Virus record (IMG/VR): IMGVR_UViG_3300032007_000010
DNA: 64,000 bases
Direction: 5' to 3' (one strand)
Source of the DNA: a virus
Lineage: Duplodnaviria > Caudoviricetes
In this document: in pieces, positions 40,440 through 49,079 of the stretch
Layout of the letters: each line of letters begins with the position of its first letter
Position numbering within the stretch: position 1 is the stretch's first letter
Program-made: the position numbers and the translations under genes
The notes under the pieces: generated by a model
Told to the model about the DNA's origin: nothing
The model's input: only the letters and a program-made list of their open reading frames with translations
The model's database searches: none

Positions 40440-41684
40440 TCACCCCTCCTTCATTTTGCTCAGATCAGGAAGATAGCTCATGGCGGAGATAAAGTCCATG
40501 CGCCGTTCCGTGTTGTTGCGATAGGACCCATGTGGATCAGTGAAGTTGATGCCACACTCGGCGAGAATGCTGAGGATGGATGGTCTATGCCCGAACGCCT
40601 GCGGATTGTCGATCGCCGCACGAATGCTGCGCAGCGCATCCATGCGCGCCTCGGATAAAACGCCGACCGGCACGAAGCTATGTACCTCGAGACCGTCAAA
40701 GCATGGGTCGTCGTGAGAAACCTCGTGCAACGTATCTTCGCGCAGTGAATCGATGTAGATGCGCGACAGCTTTGAGTCTTCGCTGAGACCCACAAATGCC
40801 GGCATATTGGTACTGGGGTCATAGGCAGTTATGAGATAACAACCGCCTTCCTCATCGAATCCCATGAGATTGACCGAAGCATCTGGGTCGGCAGCATGCT
40901 CTTGGATGACCACAAAGTTCTTCGATCTCGCCGCGGAATCTTCGTAGGGTTCCTCGTGTGTGATGTGATAGAGAAGTTCCACGAAGGGACCATAGTTCTG
41001 ACCGGCAATCTTGATGAAATTGTACTTGGTCTGACGACGCATGACCTCATCCTTGAGATAGTTCTTATACTTGGTATCCTTCACAAACGCGGGATTCGTG
41101 TTGGTCTTGTCACCGCCATCCTTGATCTCCACGAGCAGATTGTAGTCCGGCAGATAGTAGTCTGGATCATATTTGCGAATCCTATCGCTCTTCGGATCGT
41201 AGTATTCGAAGAACTCCGGGGATCGGGTGATCATGTTGGAACGAAGTTCGAGCACGAGCGAACAGAATTGCAGGAAGTTCTTCTCGGGACCAGAGAGGTA
41301 GTCCACGGAACCACCGTCTATGAAGCGGTATGTGCCGGCGGTGTGTCGCTTGGTCTGCATCTCGCGCTGGTGTTCCATGTCGTCGAGCAACGTCTCCTTG
41401 CCATGGATGCGCACATGATTGGTGACCGCATTCTTGCGCACGGTCTCACGACATTTTGGGTTGTTGCAGAGCTTGTGCGGTTTACCAGTCTTTTCGTTCC
41501 AATCGGTCTCACCACCACAGACCATGCAGCGACCGTGGATGGTACCATGGGTGGATTTGTAGAGTGACTGTGCCGCATCCAGGCCCTCGTCGGCAAGTTC
41601 CCGGGCGTGGTATCGATTCAGATGCTCGATCATATCGTCCTTGAGACGAGCGGTTCTACCGCAGAAATGACATCTGTATGACAT
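40440..41684 (-). CDS. Zinc-finger plus PD-(D/E)xK (TnsA-like) endonuclease-domain protein
   Basis: CHFC...H...H, CMVC...C...C; YDPDYYLPDYNLLVEIKD. Confidence 0.7.
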   Translation of the reverse strand: MSYRCHFCGRTARLKDDMIEHLNRYHARELADEGLDAAQSLYKSTHGTIHGRCMVCGGETDWNEKTGKPHKLCNNPKCRETVRKNAVTNHVRIHGKETLLDDMEHQREMQTKRHTAGTYRFIDGGSVDYLSGPEKNFLQFCSLVLELRSNMITRSPEFFEYYDPKSDRIRKYDPDYYLPDYNLLVEIKDGGDKTNTNPAFVKDTKYKNYLKDEVMRRQTKYNFIKIAGQNYGPFVELLYHITHEEPYEDSAARSKNFVVIQEHAADPDASVNLMGFDEEGGCYLITAYDPSTNMPAFVGLSEDSKLSRIYIDSLREDTLHEVSHDDPCFDGLEVHSFVPVGVLSEARMDALRSIRAAIDNPQAFGHRPSILSILAECGINFTDPHGSYRNNTERRMDFISAMSYLPDLSKMKEG

Positions 41685-41737
41685 GAAATTACACGTCCTC
41701 CTTTCTTGGAAAATAGGGCATTTGGGCCCATATCTCT

Positions 41738-41751
41738 CTTATATTCATGTC
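41738..41751 (-). promoter_or_regulatory. Putative late-type promoter
   Basis: GACAtgaataTAAG on the minus strand. Confidence 0.55.
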
Positions 41752-41840
41752 ATTCTGGAACACTTCTCGTATAAAATGAAATGACTAAACTTCACTATAA
41801 TCAGACATATCCCAACTCTACCGAAAGGAAGGTGATATGC

Positions 41841-42245
41841 ATGGGTAATCGGACGGTGGATCTGACCTGGAGAACCGATGGCGGCGGTACTCCTATCCTA
41901 TCCCGACGTGCGGAGCTCGTGCTCAATAAGATTGAGATGTTGCTGAATCTCATACCTGGGAAAGATCCCAGGGATCCTGAACGGGGCCTCAACGTGAGAT
42001 CCCGCCTCAACAAAACCTATGCGGAGCCGACCCGGGACACCAGCTTCGAGGCCGAGATCACCAAACAGATCACCAAGTACACCGATATCATCGTTTCTCA
42101 GGTCATGGTGGTCTACAAGGATGAGATCATGTTCATCTACATGGCAATTACCTGGCAGGGAGAGGCATTCCTGGTGGATATCAAGGTTGATGACAACACA
42201 TTGACCTCACAGCTTCGCAGCCCCACGGCAAACACCGTGATATGA
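41841..42245 (+). CDS. Possible baseplate wedge (gp25-like) protein
   Basis: LL...PG.DP.DP..G pattern and size; inference only. Confidence 0.4.
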   Translation: MGNRTVDLTWRTDGGGTPILSRRAELVLNKIEMLLNLIPGKDPRDPERGLNVRSRLNKTYAEPTRDTSFEAEITKQITKYTDIIVSQVMVVYKDEIMFIYMAITWQGEAFLVDIKVDDNTLTSQLRSPTANTVI

Positions 42246-42274
42246 GATTGGAAAGAAAGGATGGACCATAAAAC

Positions 42275-44041
42275 ATGGCAAATAAACACAACGGGCAGTT
42301 CCCGAACATCGACAACATCGCCCAGCGTCGAGCGCCAAACCAGGTGACCGTGGCACGGGCCGTGGATGCGGATCCACTCTCCGCCGTGCGCCAGGCCACC
42401 GGCCTCAATATCACCGAGGCTGATCTGCGCAGCATCACCAACGATGAGCCAACAACCGCGAAGGTTGCCGGAGAGATTAGCCCGGGCGATTCCTACGGCA
42501 AGAGTGGCCTGCGAGCCCTCACGCCGCAGGAGACCCAGGAACTATCCGACGATTATGTCCCCATCGATGTGGACAAGGAACTCGAGGAGGCCGAAGATGC
42601 CAAGATCGAAAAACATGCGCAGGAAAGTTTCCAGAGCATGGAAGATCTCTTCGACGGCGCCCTTGACGAGGAGGAAGAACGCGAGAAGCGCATCGTCGAA
42701 GCGGCAAAGAAGCCGGAGGAGCGCGAGAAGCTCGTGACCGAGAAGCAGAAGGCCGAGGCGGCCAAGGTTGCCTACAAACCCGACATGATGGACGACGATG
42801 ACGAGCTCATCCAGCGCCGCGAACGTCTTGTCTCCGGAGAGAATGAACGCACGGCCATGGACAGCGAAGCTGGCGAAGAGGACGATCTCATGCCGGCCTA
42901 CGACGATGACGACGATCCGATTCCTGTGGCCACGGACGGTGAGGCCGACGAACAGAAACGTCCGACTCCGGATCAGTCCGATGAAGAGCAGGCCGACTAC
43001 ATTCGAAATCTCCGAACCGTAAACTTTGGCAGCGCCGAAGACGATGACGACGCGGGCATGGACATCTCCTCGGTGGTACACGTGCGCCGCGAACGGGCGA
43101 CCGTGGTGCCCTCCACCGAGCGGAGCTCAAACTATCGTTCGGTCGGAGACCAGGCTTTCATCAACGCCATGAATCGATACAAGCGCGATAAGTTCCGCGT
43201 CATCACCGCGCCACTCATCAACTCAGGCTTCAGCGTTGACATCGTAGGAACAGCACCCATGGATCTGACCCTGCTCTATGCCGCGGTGGATGAGAATACT
43301 CCGCAGGCTGACTACGAGATCGAGAAGATGAAGACCGTGATTCGCAACGTGGTTGCGGCAAATCCCAAGGTCAAGTCCGAGAATCTGCGCAACATGATCC
43401 ACTTCGCCGACTATCAGATCATGGCCTATGCACATGTCTGCGGAACACTCAAGGATGTGGAGCTCATCCACACCTGCGATTCCTGCGGCAAGGACTTCCA
43501 CATCGTGGCAGCGTCCACCGATCTGGTGCTCAACGCCGATGACATGAAGGAGCGAATTCAACAGATCCGTTCGGCCACCAGCGCCGGAGAAAACTCTCTG
43601 CTGGCCAAGGACGAGCGTCTCGAATGGAGCACCGGGCACACGGTGATCCTCGGTCATCCGTCATACCACGAGTACATTCGTCACCTCGAGGAGCTGCGTG
43701 CCACGCTGCGTCAGCTGAGCTCCACCGAGAATACCCGACTCCGCGCCATCGTGCAGATTCTCCCCTATGTTCGTTCTGCCGAGCTCGCCGAGATCGGTCG
43801 CACCAACAACCTCTACCAGAGATATCTGGCCATCACCATGCTCGACGAGGATGAGTACGCCGAGCTCGTCGAACACGTCGACGCCATGCGTCGTCAGATC
43901 GTCGTTCCCGAGTTTGGCATTCGCCGCGTGAGATGTCCCCACTGCCACAAATACAATAACAACATTCGCTACAGCGATCTCACCGACCTGGTTTTTTTCC
44001 ATACCACGGTCAGCCGCTTGTTGAAGCAAACCGCCCGCTGA
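42275..44041 (+). CDS. Acidic N-terminus plus CxxC-containing C-terminal domain; possible baseplate-hub/tail assembly chaperone
   Basis: HTCDSCG and RCPHCH near the C-terminus ending LVFF; resembles T4 gp26-like layout (inference). Confidence 0.45.
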   Translation: MANKHNGQFPNIDNIAQRRAPNQVTVARAVDADPLSAVRQATGLNITEADLRSITNDEPTTAKVAGEISPGDSYGKSGLRALTPQETQELSDDYVPIDVDKELEEAEDAKIEKHAQESFQSMEDLFDGALDEEEEREKRIVEAAKKPEEREKLVTEKQKAEAAKVAYKPDMMDDDDELIQRRERLVSGENERTAMDSEAGEEDDLMPAYDDDDDPIPVATDGEADEQKRPTPDQSDEEQADYIRNLRTVNFGSAEDDDDAGMDISSVVHVRRERATVVPSTERSSNYRSVGDQAFINAMNRYKRDKFRVITAPLINSGFSVDIVGTAPMDLTLLYAAVDENTPQADYEIEKMKTVIRNVVAANPKVKSENLRNMIHFADYQIMAYAHVCGTLKDVELIHTCDSCGKDFHIVAASTDLVLNADDMKERIQQIRSATSAGENSLLAKDERLEWSTGHTVILGHPSYHEYIRHLEELRATLRQLSSTENTRLRAIVQILPYVRSAELAEIGRTNNLYQRYLAITMLDEDEYAELVEHVDAMRRQIVVPEFGIRRVRCPHCHKYNNNIRYSDLTDLVFFHTTVSRLLKQTAR

Positions 44042-44052
44042 TCCGAGCATGG

Positions 44053-44298
44053 GTGAAGAAGTGCAAGGATACCGCAAAGGACTATCGCGACATGGTCTAC
44101 AACGCGCACACGATCCTCAAGGACTATCACAGCTACGATGACATCATGTCGACGCCGCTGCGGGACATCATCGATGACATCGAATACTTCACGCCCAAAC
44201 TCAAGGAAATCACACGGCGCCAGGAGGCTGACCGTCTCAGAGCCGAATTTTCCGGCAAGGCTAACATGGTAAAACCGGGAGGAAGGAGATACGAATGA
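44053..44298 (+). CDS. Hypothetical protein
   Basis: ORF in operon. Confidence 0.6.
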   Translation: MKKCKDTAKDYRDMVYNAHTILKDYHSYDDIMSTPLRDIIDDIEYFTPKLKEITRRQEADRLRAEFSGKANMVKPGGRRYE

Positions 44299-44666
44299 GC
44301 AGAGAACACAAGCTCAATCTCACCCGCCCCGAGTTTCTCAGAAAGATTCTCACCGAAGGAGATGACCATCGCGACATTCGTGAGTCTGATCTGATCCAGC
44401 TCATGAATCGAGGCAATGCCCTCCCCTACTGTAGCTACACGGCCATCATGGAGCTGGATATGAAACCCTCCGACATGGTCTACATCGGCATCGATGAGGA
44501 AGGAACCGTGGCCATGAAACTCTCCAGCAAGGAGCTGGCCAAGCGGGTGAAACAACAGACCAACAAGGAGGTCATCAGCATGGGCATCCACCGCTACAAG
44601 ATGCATGTGAAGATCTCCGGTGCATATGTCTTCGTGACCATCGATCAGCTCGAGGACGAGATCTAA
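44295..44666 (+). CDS. Hypothetical protein
   Basis: aaggag RBS, overlapping stop/start. Confidence 0.7.
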   Translation: MSREHKLNLTRPEFLRKILTEGDDHRDIRESDLIQLMNRGNALPYCSYTAIMELDMKPSDMVYIGIDEEGTVAMKLSSKELAKRVKQQTNKEVISMGIHRYKMHVKISGAYVFVTIDQLEDEI

Positions 44667-44674
44667 AGAAAACT

Positions 44675-44702
44675 ATCCCCTCCCAATTCGGGAGGGGATT
44701 TT
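44675..44702 (+). terminator. CCCCTCCC hairpin family copy 6
   Basis: atcccctccc-aattc-gggaggggat followed by ttt. Confidence 0.7.
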
Positions 44703-44804
44703 GTTGTGTCAAGATCAGTACCCGTCGATGGTACAAAATAATCAGAATTCAGAAGATAAAATATCACAGGGGCCTTTATTGTGCCCCTGTGATAATGTTT
44801 TGTA

Positions 44805-46217
44805 TCAATATGTAGTAAAATCGGTAAACGAAATTCTGGAATGTTCAGTACTTTTGCCTCGTTTATGAGATTTCTCATGCTTATTCTTATCCTGATAATT
44901 TCGGCTTATCGGTGGTAGCGGAAGATATCTATCGTCATCCACAACCATATCCAGATTTTCAAACTTAGCAATATCTCGCTCCATATGAACCCCAGCCCAT
45001 CGCATCTTCCTCTTTGATTTAATTGTGTTATAGAACCTATCCCCATATAGAGACCCATCTTTCTTCTTTGGTCGTTTTCGCAATATGATAAAGCCGTTAC
45101 TATCGAAATCTGTATCTTCCAGTGTGGTTCTATACTCAGCCATGGTTCTTGGTTCGAACTCTTTTCCTCCAAGCATATGCATGGTTTTCTCGTATAAATT
45201 CTTAGATTTTTCAGTTTCGCCGCGTTTTGCATGACCGTGCCATGATTCTAGCGAATCTATCGCAGCGCTGCGCTCAATGATTCCATCTTCAACCATAGCA
45301 ACATGCTTGGTGAGTTTGCGTTTTTCGTTACGTACTTTGCCAGGAAGTACTGTCATATCAACATTATGGGTACGTAGGTTGTATCTAAAATTGAACCCAA
45401 TGAATCGAATACCTTCTGCATAAGGATGGATCTGACTCTTCGGATTGAGCTCAAGATCAAGTTTCTCTTCAACGTATCTTTTGATTTCTTTGTAGCAATG
45501 CTTCAAATACTCTTTGTCCTTATGAATAAGATAAAAATCATCCATATAACGACCATAATATTTTATCTGAAGCTTCTCTTTGATAAAGTGATCGAGTCCA
45601 TTTAGATAATAGACTGCGAGCCATTGTGACGTCTGGAACCCGATGCATAGACCGCGGGTCGACCCATCAAAATCTTCGATTGCGTATATGAGAGTATGCA
45701 TGAGGTCCTGTAATTTTTTATCTATTGGTAGCTTTCGAATCATCTTCATGCAGATCTCACGATTGATTTCATAGAAAAAATGATGGATGTCGCAAGATAG
45801 TACGAACCCATTGTTGGTGTATCCCATCTCGGCAGAAAATGCATTCATGTTATGTCTAATACGCTCCTCCGCAAGTGCACTGCCTTTTCCTTCTTGTGTT
45901 GCATAGTTGTCGTATATTAGCATTGGTTGTATGGCAGGTTCTAGGACATGTTTGCACATGAGTCGTTGAACTATTTTATCTTCAAACTGATTTGCGGTTA
46001 TCTCTCGCTTCTTCGGTTCGTATATGATAAATGAGTATAGATCAGTGATACGATAGGTTCCTTTTATGAGGCGAGTATATAATTTATTGATATTTTTGGT
46101 CAGATCTAGGTGAAATTTAACAACCTCATTGCGAGTGGTCTTTCCTTGTCGACAATGGTAGTATGCTCGCAGAAGATTTTCATAGGTAACCACATCTTCA
46201 TATCTTATAACCTTCAT
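44805..46217 (-). CDS. DGR reverse transcriptase with C-terminal extension
   Basis: IYEPKKREI, DKIVQR, CDIHHFF, GLCIGFQTSQ, YGRYMDDF, LELNPK and FIGF motifs; likely start ATG 46217 (MKVIRYE). Confidence 0.95.
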   Translation of the reverse strand: MKVIRYEDVVTYENLLRAYYHCRQGKTTRNEVVKFHLDLTKNINKLYTRLIKGTYRITDLYSFIIYEPKKREITANQFEDKIVQRLMCKHVLEPAIQPMLIYDNYATQEGKGSALAEERIRHNMNAFSAEMGYTNNGFVLSCDIHHFFYEINREICMKMIRKLPIDKKLQDLMHTLIYAIEDFDGSTRGLCIGFQTSQWLAVYYLNGLDHFIKEKLQIKYYGRYMDDFYLIHKDKEYLKHCYKEIKRYVEEKLDLELNPKSQIHPYAEGIRFIGFNFRYNLRTHNVDMTVLPGKVRNEKRKLTKHVAMVEDGIIERSAAIDSLESWHGHAKRGETEKSKNLYEKTMHMLGGKEFEPRTMAEYRTTLEDTDFDSNGFIILRKRPKKKDGSLYGDRFYNTIKSKRKMRWAGVHMERDIAKFENLDMVVDDDRYLPLPPISRNYQDKNKHEKSHKRGKSTEHSRISFTDFTTY

Positions 46218-46492
46218 CTCTTGGCCTCTTAACTTTGATCTAAACGACAGTATAAACCCACCACCATACGGTGGTGTTGATCTCATCCACGTACCAGAAT
46301 CGGTGCTATTTCAACCGAGTCGGGCATATGAATGAGCGCGGGTACGTTTCTCCATTGAAGCATAGTAGAGCCTCTCCGGACAGGATACAATCTCCTTGCA
46401 CCTACGATATGCGTTCGACTGATCCAATGTGAGATCAGTTTACTAGATCGATCGCTGCTGCACGTCTATAAGACATGCAACATAGGCACAAT

Positions 46493-46593
46493 CGGGCCGG
46501 AAACCGCCATTGGTATTGTTGGCGTTGTTGTTGTTGAAGTTGCCATCGTTATTCACGTTCCACACATTGTTGGAGTTGTTGGGATTCGGCGAA
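46493..46593 (-). ncRNA. DGR template repeat (TR)
   Basis: Non-coding, AAC/AAT-rich (reads SPNPNNSNNVWNVNNDGNFNNNNANNTNGGFRP); matches two VRs except at adenines. Confidence 0.95.
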
Positions 46594-46630
46594 CTTTACT
46601 CACGTAGACCGTAACCTAATATACATATGT

Positions 46631-46666
46631 TCCCAACAACTCCTATTGGCCCGATTGTGTCTATGT
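46631..46666 (-). other. TR-leader segments antisense to both TR ends
   Basis: 46631-46643 is the exact reverse complement of 46572-46584; 46648-46666 is the reverse complement of 46480-46498 at 18/19 positions. Confidence 0.85.
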
Positions 46667-46702
46667 GAGACAACGCATTGTGTGTGATATAAATAAACAG
46701 CG

Positions 46703-47275
46703 TCATGCAGTGAATTTATCCTTTTCGTCATCAGAGTTGTTTGCTCGTTTTATCAAAACGACAAACCCATCACTATCCCTATATTTTTCCAACTCATTCC
46801 ACTGACGTTTAATCTGACCTCTCACCCAACGCTCATGTGCTCTGATAACGTATTCCTTTCTGCTTGGCAATTTACGCTTTTTGTTGTATGCATTCTTCTT
46901 TGTATATCCAAATGCCGTTTCAACCTTAGTCATCAATTCTGCCAACTCTTTCGTGTTGTTCAAATTGGTAATTCGTGTTGATAGTTGAATAAGCGATAAT
47001 AGACGATGATAATGATCTTGTGCTTTTTCAAAATGTTTTAGCTGTTTCTTCGCAGTCTTTTTGTGCTTGGGACTCATCGCAAGAGCAGTGTTTAGTTCTG
47101 CGCAAAATTCTTCGCATTCAGATAAGATTTTATCCGTTACAACAAATCGATAGCGTTTTGGTACATATTTTTCATTATTATAGACCGTAGCCAGATATTT
47201 GAATAAGTTTTCTGAATGAATGGCCACCGCATAGGGTTCACCCTTGCCCTTGGTTTTATATTTCGGCCTTGACAT
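46703..47275 (-). CDS. avd: DGR accessory variability determinant (Avd-like) with C-terminal extension
   Basis: Basic helical protein with PKRYRF...KI motif, directly upstream of TR and RT. Confidence 0.8.
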   Translation of the reverse strand: MSRPKYKTKGKGEPYAVAIHSENLFKYLATVYNNEKYVPKRYRFVVTDKILSECEEFCAELNTALAMSPKHKKTAKKQLKHFEKAQDHYHRLLSLIQLSTRITNLNNTKELAELMTKVETAFGYTKKNAYNKKRKLPSRKEYVIRAHERWVRGQIKRQWNELEKYRDSDGFVVLIKRANNSDDEKDKFTA

Positions 47276-47328
47276 AGAGCATATTCCCCCAAATATATAA
47301 TCAGCATCGCGGCCTTCGGCCGTGTTGG

Positions 47329-47342
47329 CTTATAATTGTGTC
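47329..47342 (-). promoter_or_regulatory. Putative late-type promoter driving avd-TR-RT
   Basis: GACAcaattaTAAG on the minus strand, ~55 nt upstream of avd. Confidence 0.55.
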
Positions 47343-47374
47343 TTTATATTTCAAAAATGATATAAAAATTTGAT

Positions 47375-47404
47375 GCTCCCGGGGTGATACAACACCCCGG
47401 GAGC
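47375..47404. terminator. Strong hairpin between target gene and avd promoter
   Basis: gctcccggggtg-atacaa-caccccgggagc. Confidence 0.65.
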
Positions 47405-47564
47405 AATCATGTCTGGAATCAAATAACTGGTTGCATGTATGGTCGTGGGACATAATTGTTCTCGACTACGCTTCGCTCATAACCCTGCCAATGGGCGGGT
47501 TATGGTCGGAACAAAATATGCCCACTATTGAACCTGTGTTCAAATACATGCAACAATACATCTA

Positions 47565-49079
47565 TCACGCCTGGAACTGTACTTTAACTGCGGGCCGGAA
47601 ACCGCCATTGGTATCGTTGGCGCTGAAGTAGCTGCCGAAGCTGCCATCGTAACGCACGCCCCACACAACGCTGGAGTTGCCGGGATCCGGCGTAGAGGTC
47701 CAGTACCAGCTGTTGCCGCCGGTCTGCTTGCGGTTGTCCGCAGACGCTTTTGGCCAATCCCAATCAGACTCGTACTGTGCCTTAGACGGGATGAAAACCT
47801 TGCTGGTACCACCATTGACCGTCACAGACTGGCAGTACGACATAGCTTCGCTACCGAGCGTCGTCTCATAGTTAGCGCAGGTTGTCTTGAGGATATCGGA
47901 ATTCGCGTAAACATTGCTGTTAGACGACGCAAATGCTCCGGTAGAAACGATACCATTCGACGCCAGATATGCATATTTACCGTCAACATGCTGGACGATC
48001 CAGCTCTTGCCCGCAAAGGTGACCGTAGAACCAGCAGATACCGTGCCACTGATCGGATTCACGAAGAAGCTGGCGGTGACCGAGCACGTCTTGCTTGCAG
48101 CGGTGTAGTTACCGCCGCTGGCTGTCACTGTGATCGTGGCAGTACCAGTTGTATCGTTCACGCTGCTCACCGTCACCGTGGAACCGCTGCGGCTCACTGT
48201 GACCACGCTGGTATTGTCGGAGCTGACGCTCAGCGTACCATCGTAGTTGCCGCTGATGGTGAAGGTGGTGGACTTGGTGGTGCTGTTCAGCGTGATGCTG
48301 GTCTTGCTGAGCGACATGGTGTTGGCCGCCTTGCTGATGGTGACAGTGCACTTCTTCGCCGCCGCAACCGCGGTCCAGTTTCCGTTGGTCGCATCAGCAT
48401 CCACGCGGCAATAGATGTCGTAGGAACCGGCATTGATCGCGCTGGGCAGGCTGCTGACATAGGCGCTGGAAGCCGGTGCGGAAGAACCGGCCGTGACCGC
48501 CGCGTAGAGCAGCGTACCAAAGGTGGTGGAGCCGGCATTGACCAGGGTCTGCGAAGATCCTGTGTAGGTGAGGGTCTTCGCCGTGGGAGCCGTGATGGTC
48601 GGGGTCGCCGGATTGAGCGTCCAGGTCTTGTAGACGATGCGACGATCCAGCGTGGATGCCCAGACGTATCCCTTCTTGGGTGTGAAGCCCACGGTGTAGG
48701 TACCCTGGTTGGTGGCGCTGGTGTCGCCGGAGATGGTGAGCTTGGTGGAATCGTAGTTGTTCCAGCTCGGGCTCCGGCTGGAGCCGTTGTAGGTCGGATT
48801 GCTCGCCACGGACGGCTCGACATCGATCTCCTCATTGGCAGCGGAGGTCGCCACCTCGTATGGGAGGTTGTTGATGCCAATGAAGACCTTGCTGGTACCC
48901 ACCAGGATCTTGCCCGAAGCGAGGGTCTCGGGGGCATCGTCGGTGACCTGCACCTCGGGCAGACTACCCTCAACCGTGGTGCCGTCCGGGCGCAGCACCA
49001 GGCTGCTGTCCGTCTCGAAGTGCACCGTATCATAGCTCGAGCCGTTGTAGCGATGCAGCCTCTGTTTCAGAGTTGCCAT
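47565..49079 (-). CDS. DGR target: tail-fibre/receptor-binding protein with Ig-like repeats and C-terminal CLec-like domain
   Basis: Start MATLKQRLHRYNG after ggagg RBS; VR at the 3' end. Confidence 0.9.
   Translation of the reverse strand: MATLKQRLHRYNGSSYDTVHFETDSSLVLRPDGTTVEGSLPEVQVTDDAPETLASGKILVGTSKVFIGINNLPYEVATSAANEEIDVEPSVASNPTYNGSSRSPSWNNYDSTKLTISGDTSATNQGTYTVGFTPKKGYVWASTLDRRIVYKTWTLNPATPTITAPTAKTLTYTGSSQTLVNAGSTTFGTLLYAAVTAGSSAPASSAYVSSLPSAINAGSYDIYCRVDADATNGNWTAVAAAKKCTVTISKAANTMSLSKTSITLNSTTKSTTFTISGNYDGTLSVSSDNTSVVTVSRSGSTVTVSSVNDTTGTATITVTASGGNYTAASKTCSVTASFFVNPISGTVSAGSTVTFAGKSWIVQHVDGKYAYLASNGIVSTGAFASSNSNVYANSDILKTTCANYETTLGSEAMSYCQSVTVNGGTSKVFIPSKAQYESDWDWPKASADNRKQTGGNSWYWTSTPDPGNSSVVWGVRYDGSFGSYFSANDTNGGFRPAVKVQFQA
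47591..47692 (-). repeat. DGR variable repeat VR1
   Basis: About 18-19 substitutions versus TR, all at adenines, plus one extra NNC codon in the AAC run. Confidence 0.95.

Larger units (their letters stand above)
44805..47692 (-). mobile_element. Diversity-generating retroelement cassette (VR-avd-TR-RT)
   Basis: RT, Avd and TR/VR pair with adenine-specific mismatches; avd and RT are AT-rich relative to their flanks. Confidence 0.95.

Noticed and set aside
44805-46217. RT as a group II intron maturase or retron
   Set aside because: The adjacent avd and TR/VR pair with adenine-specific mismatches, plus the IG...SQ motif, identify a DGR; no intron context was seen.
46520-46540. (GTT)n microsatellite or possible CRISPR-like repeat
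   Set aside because: It is the AAC run of the DGR template repeat; no repeat-spacer periodicity was seen anywhere in the window.
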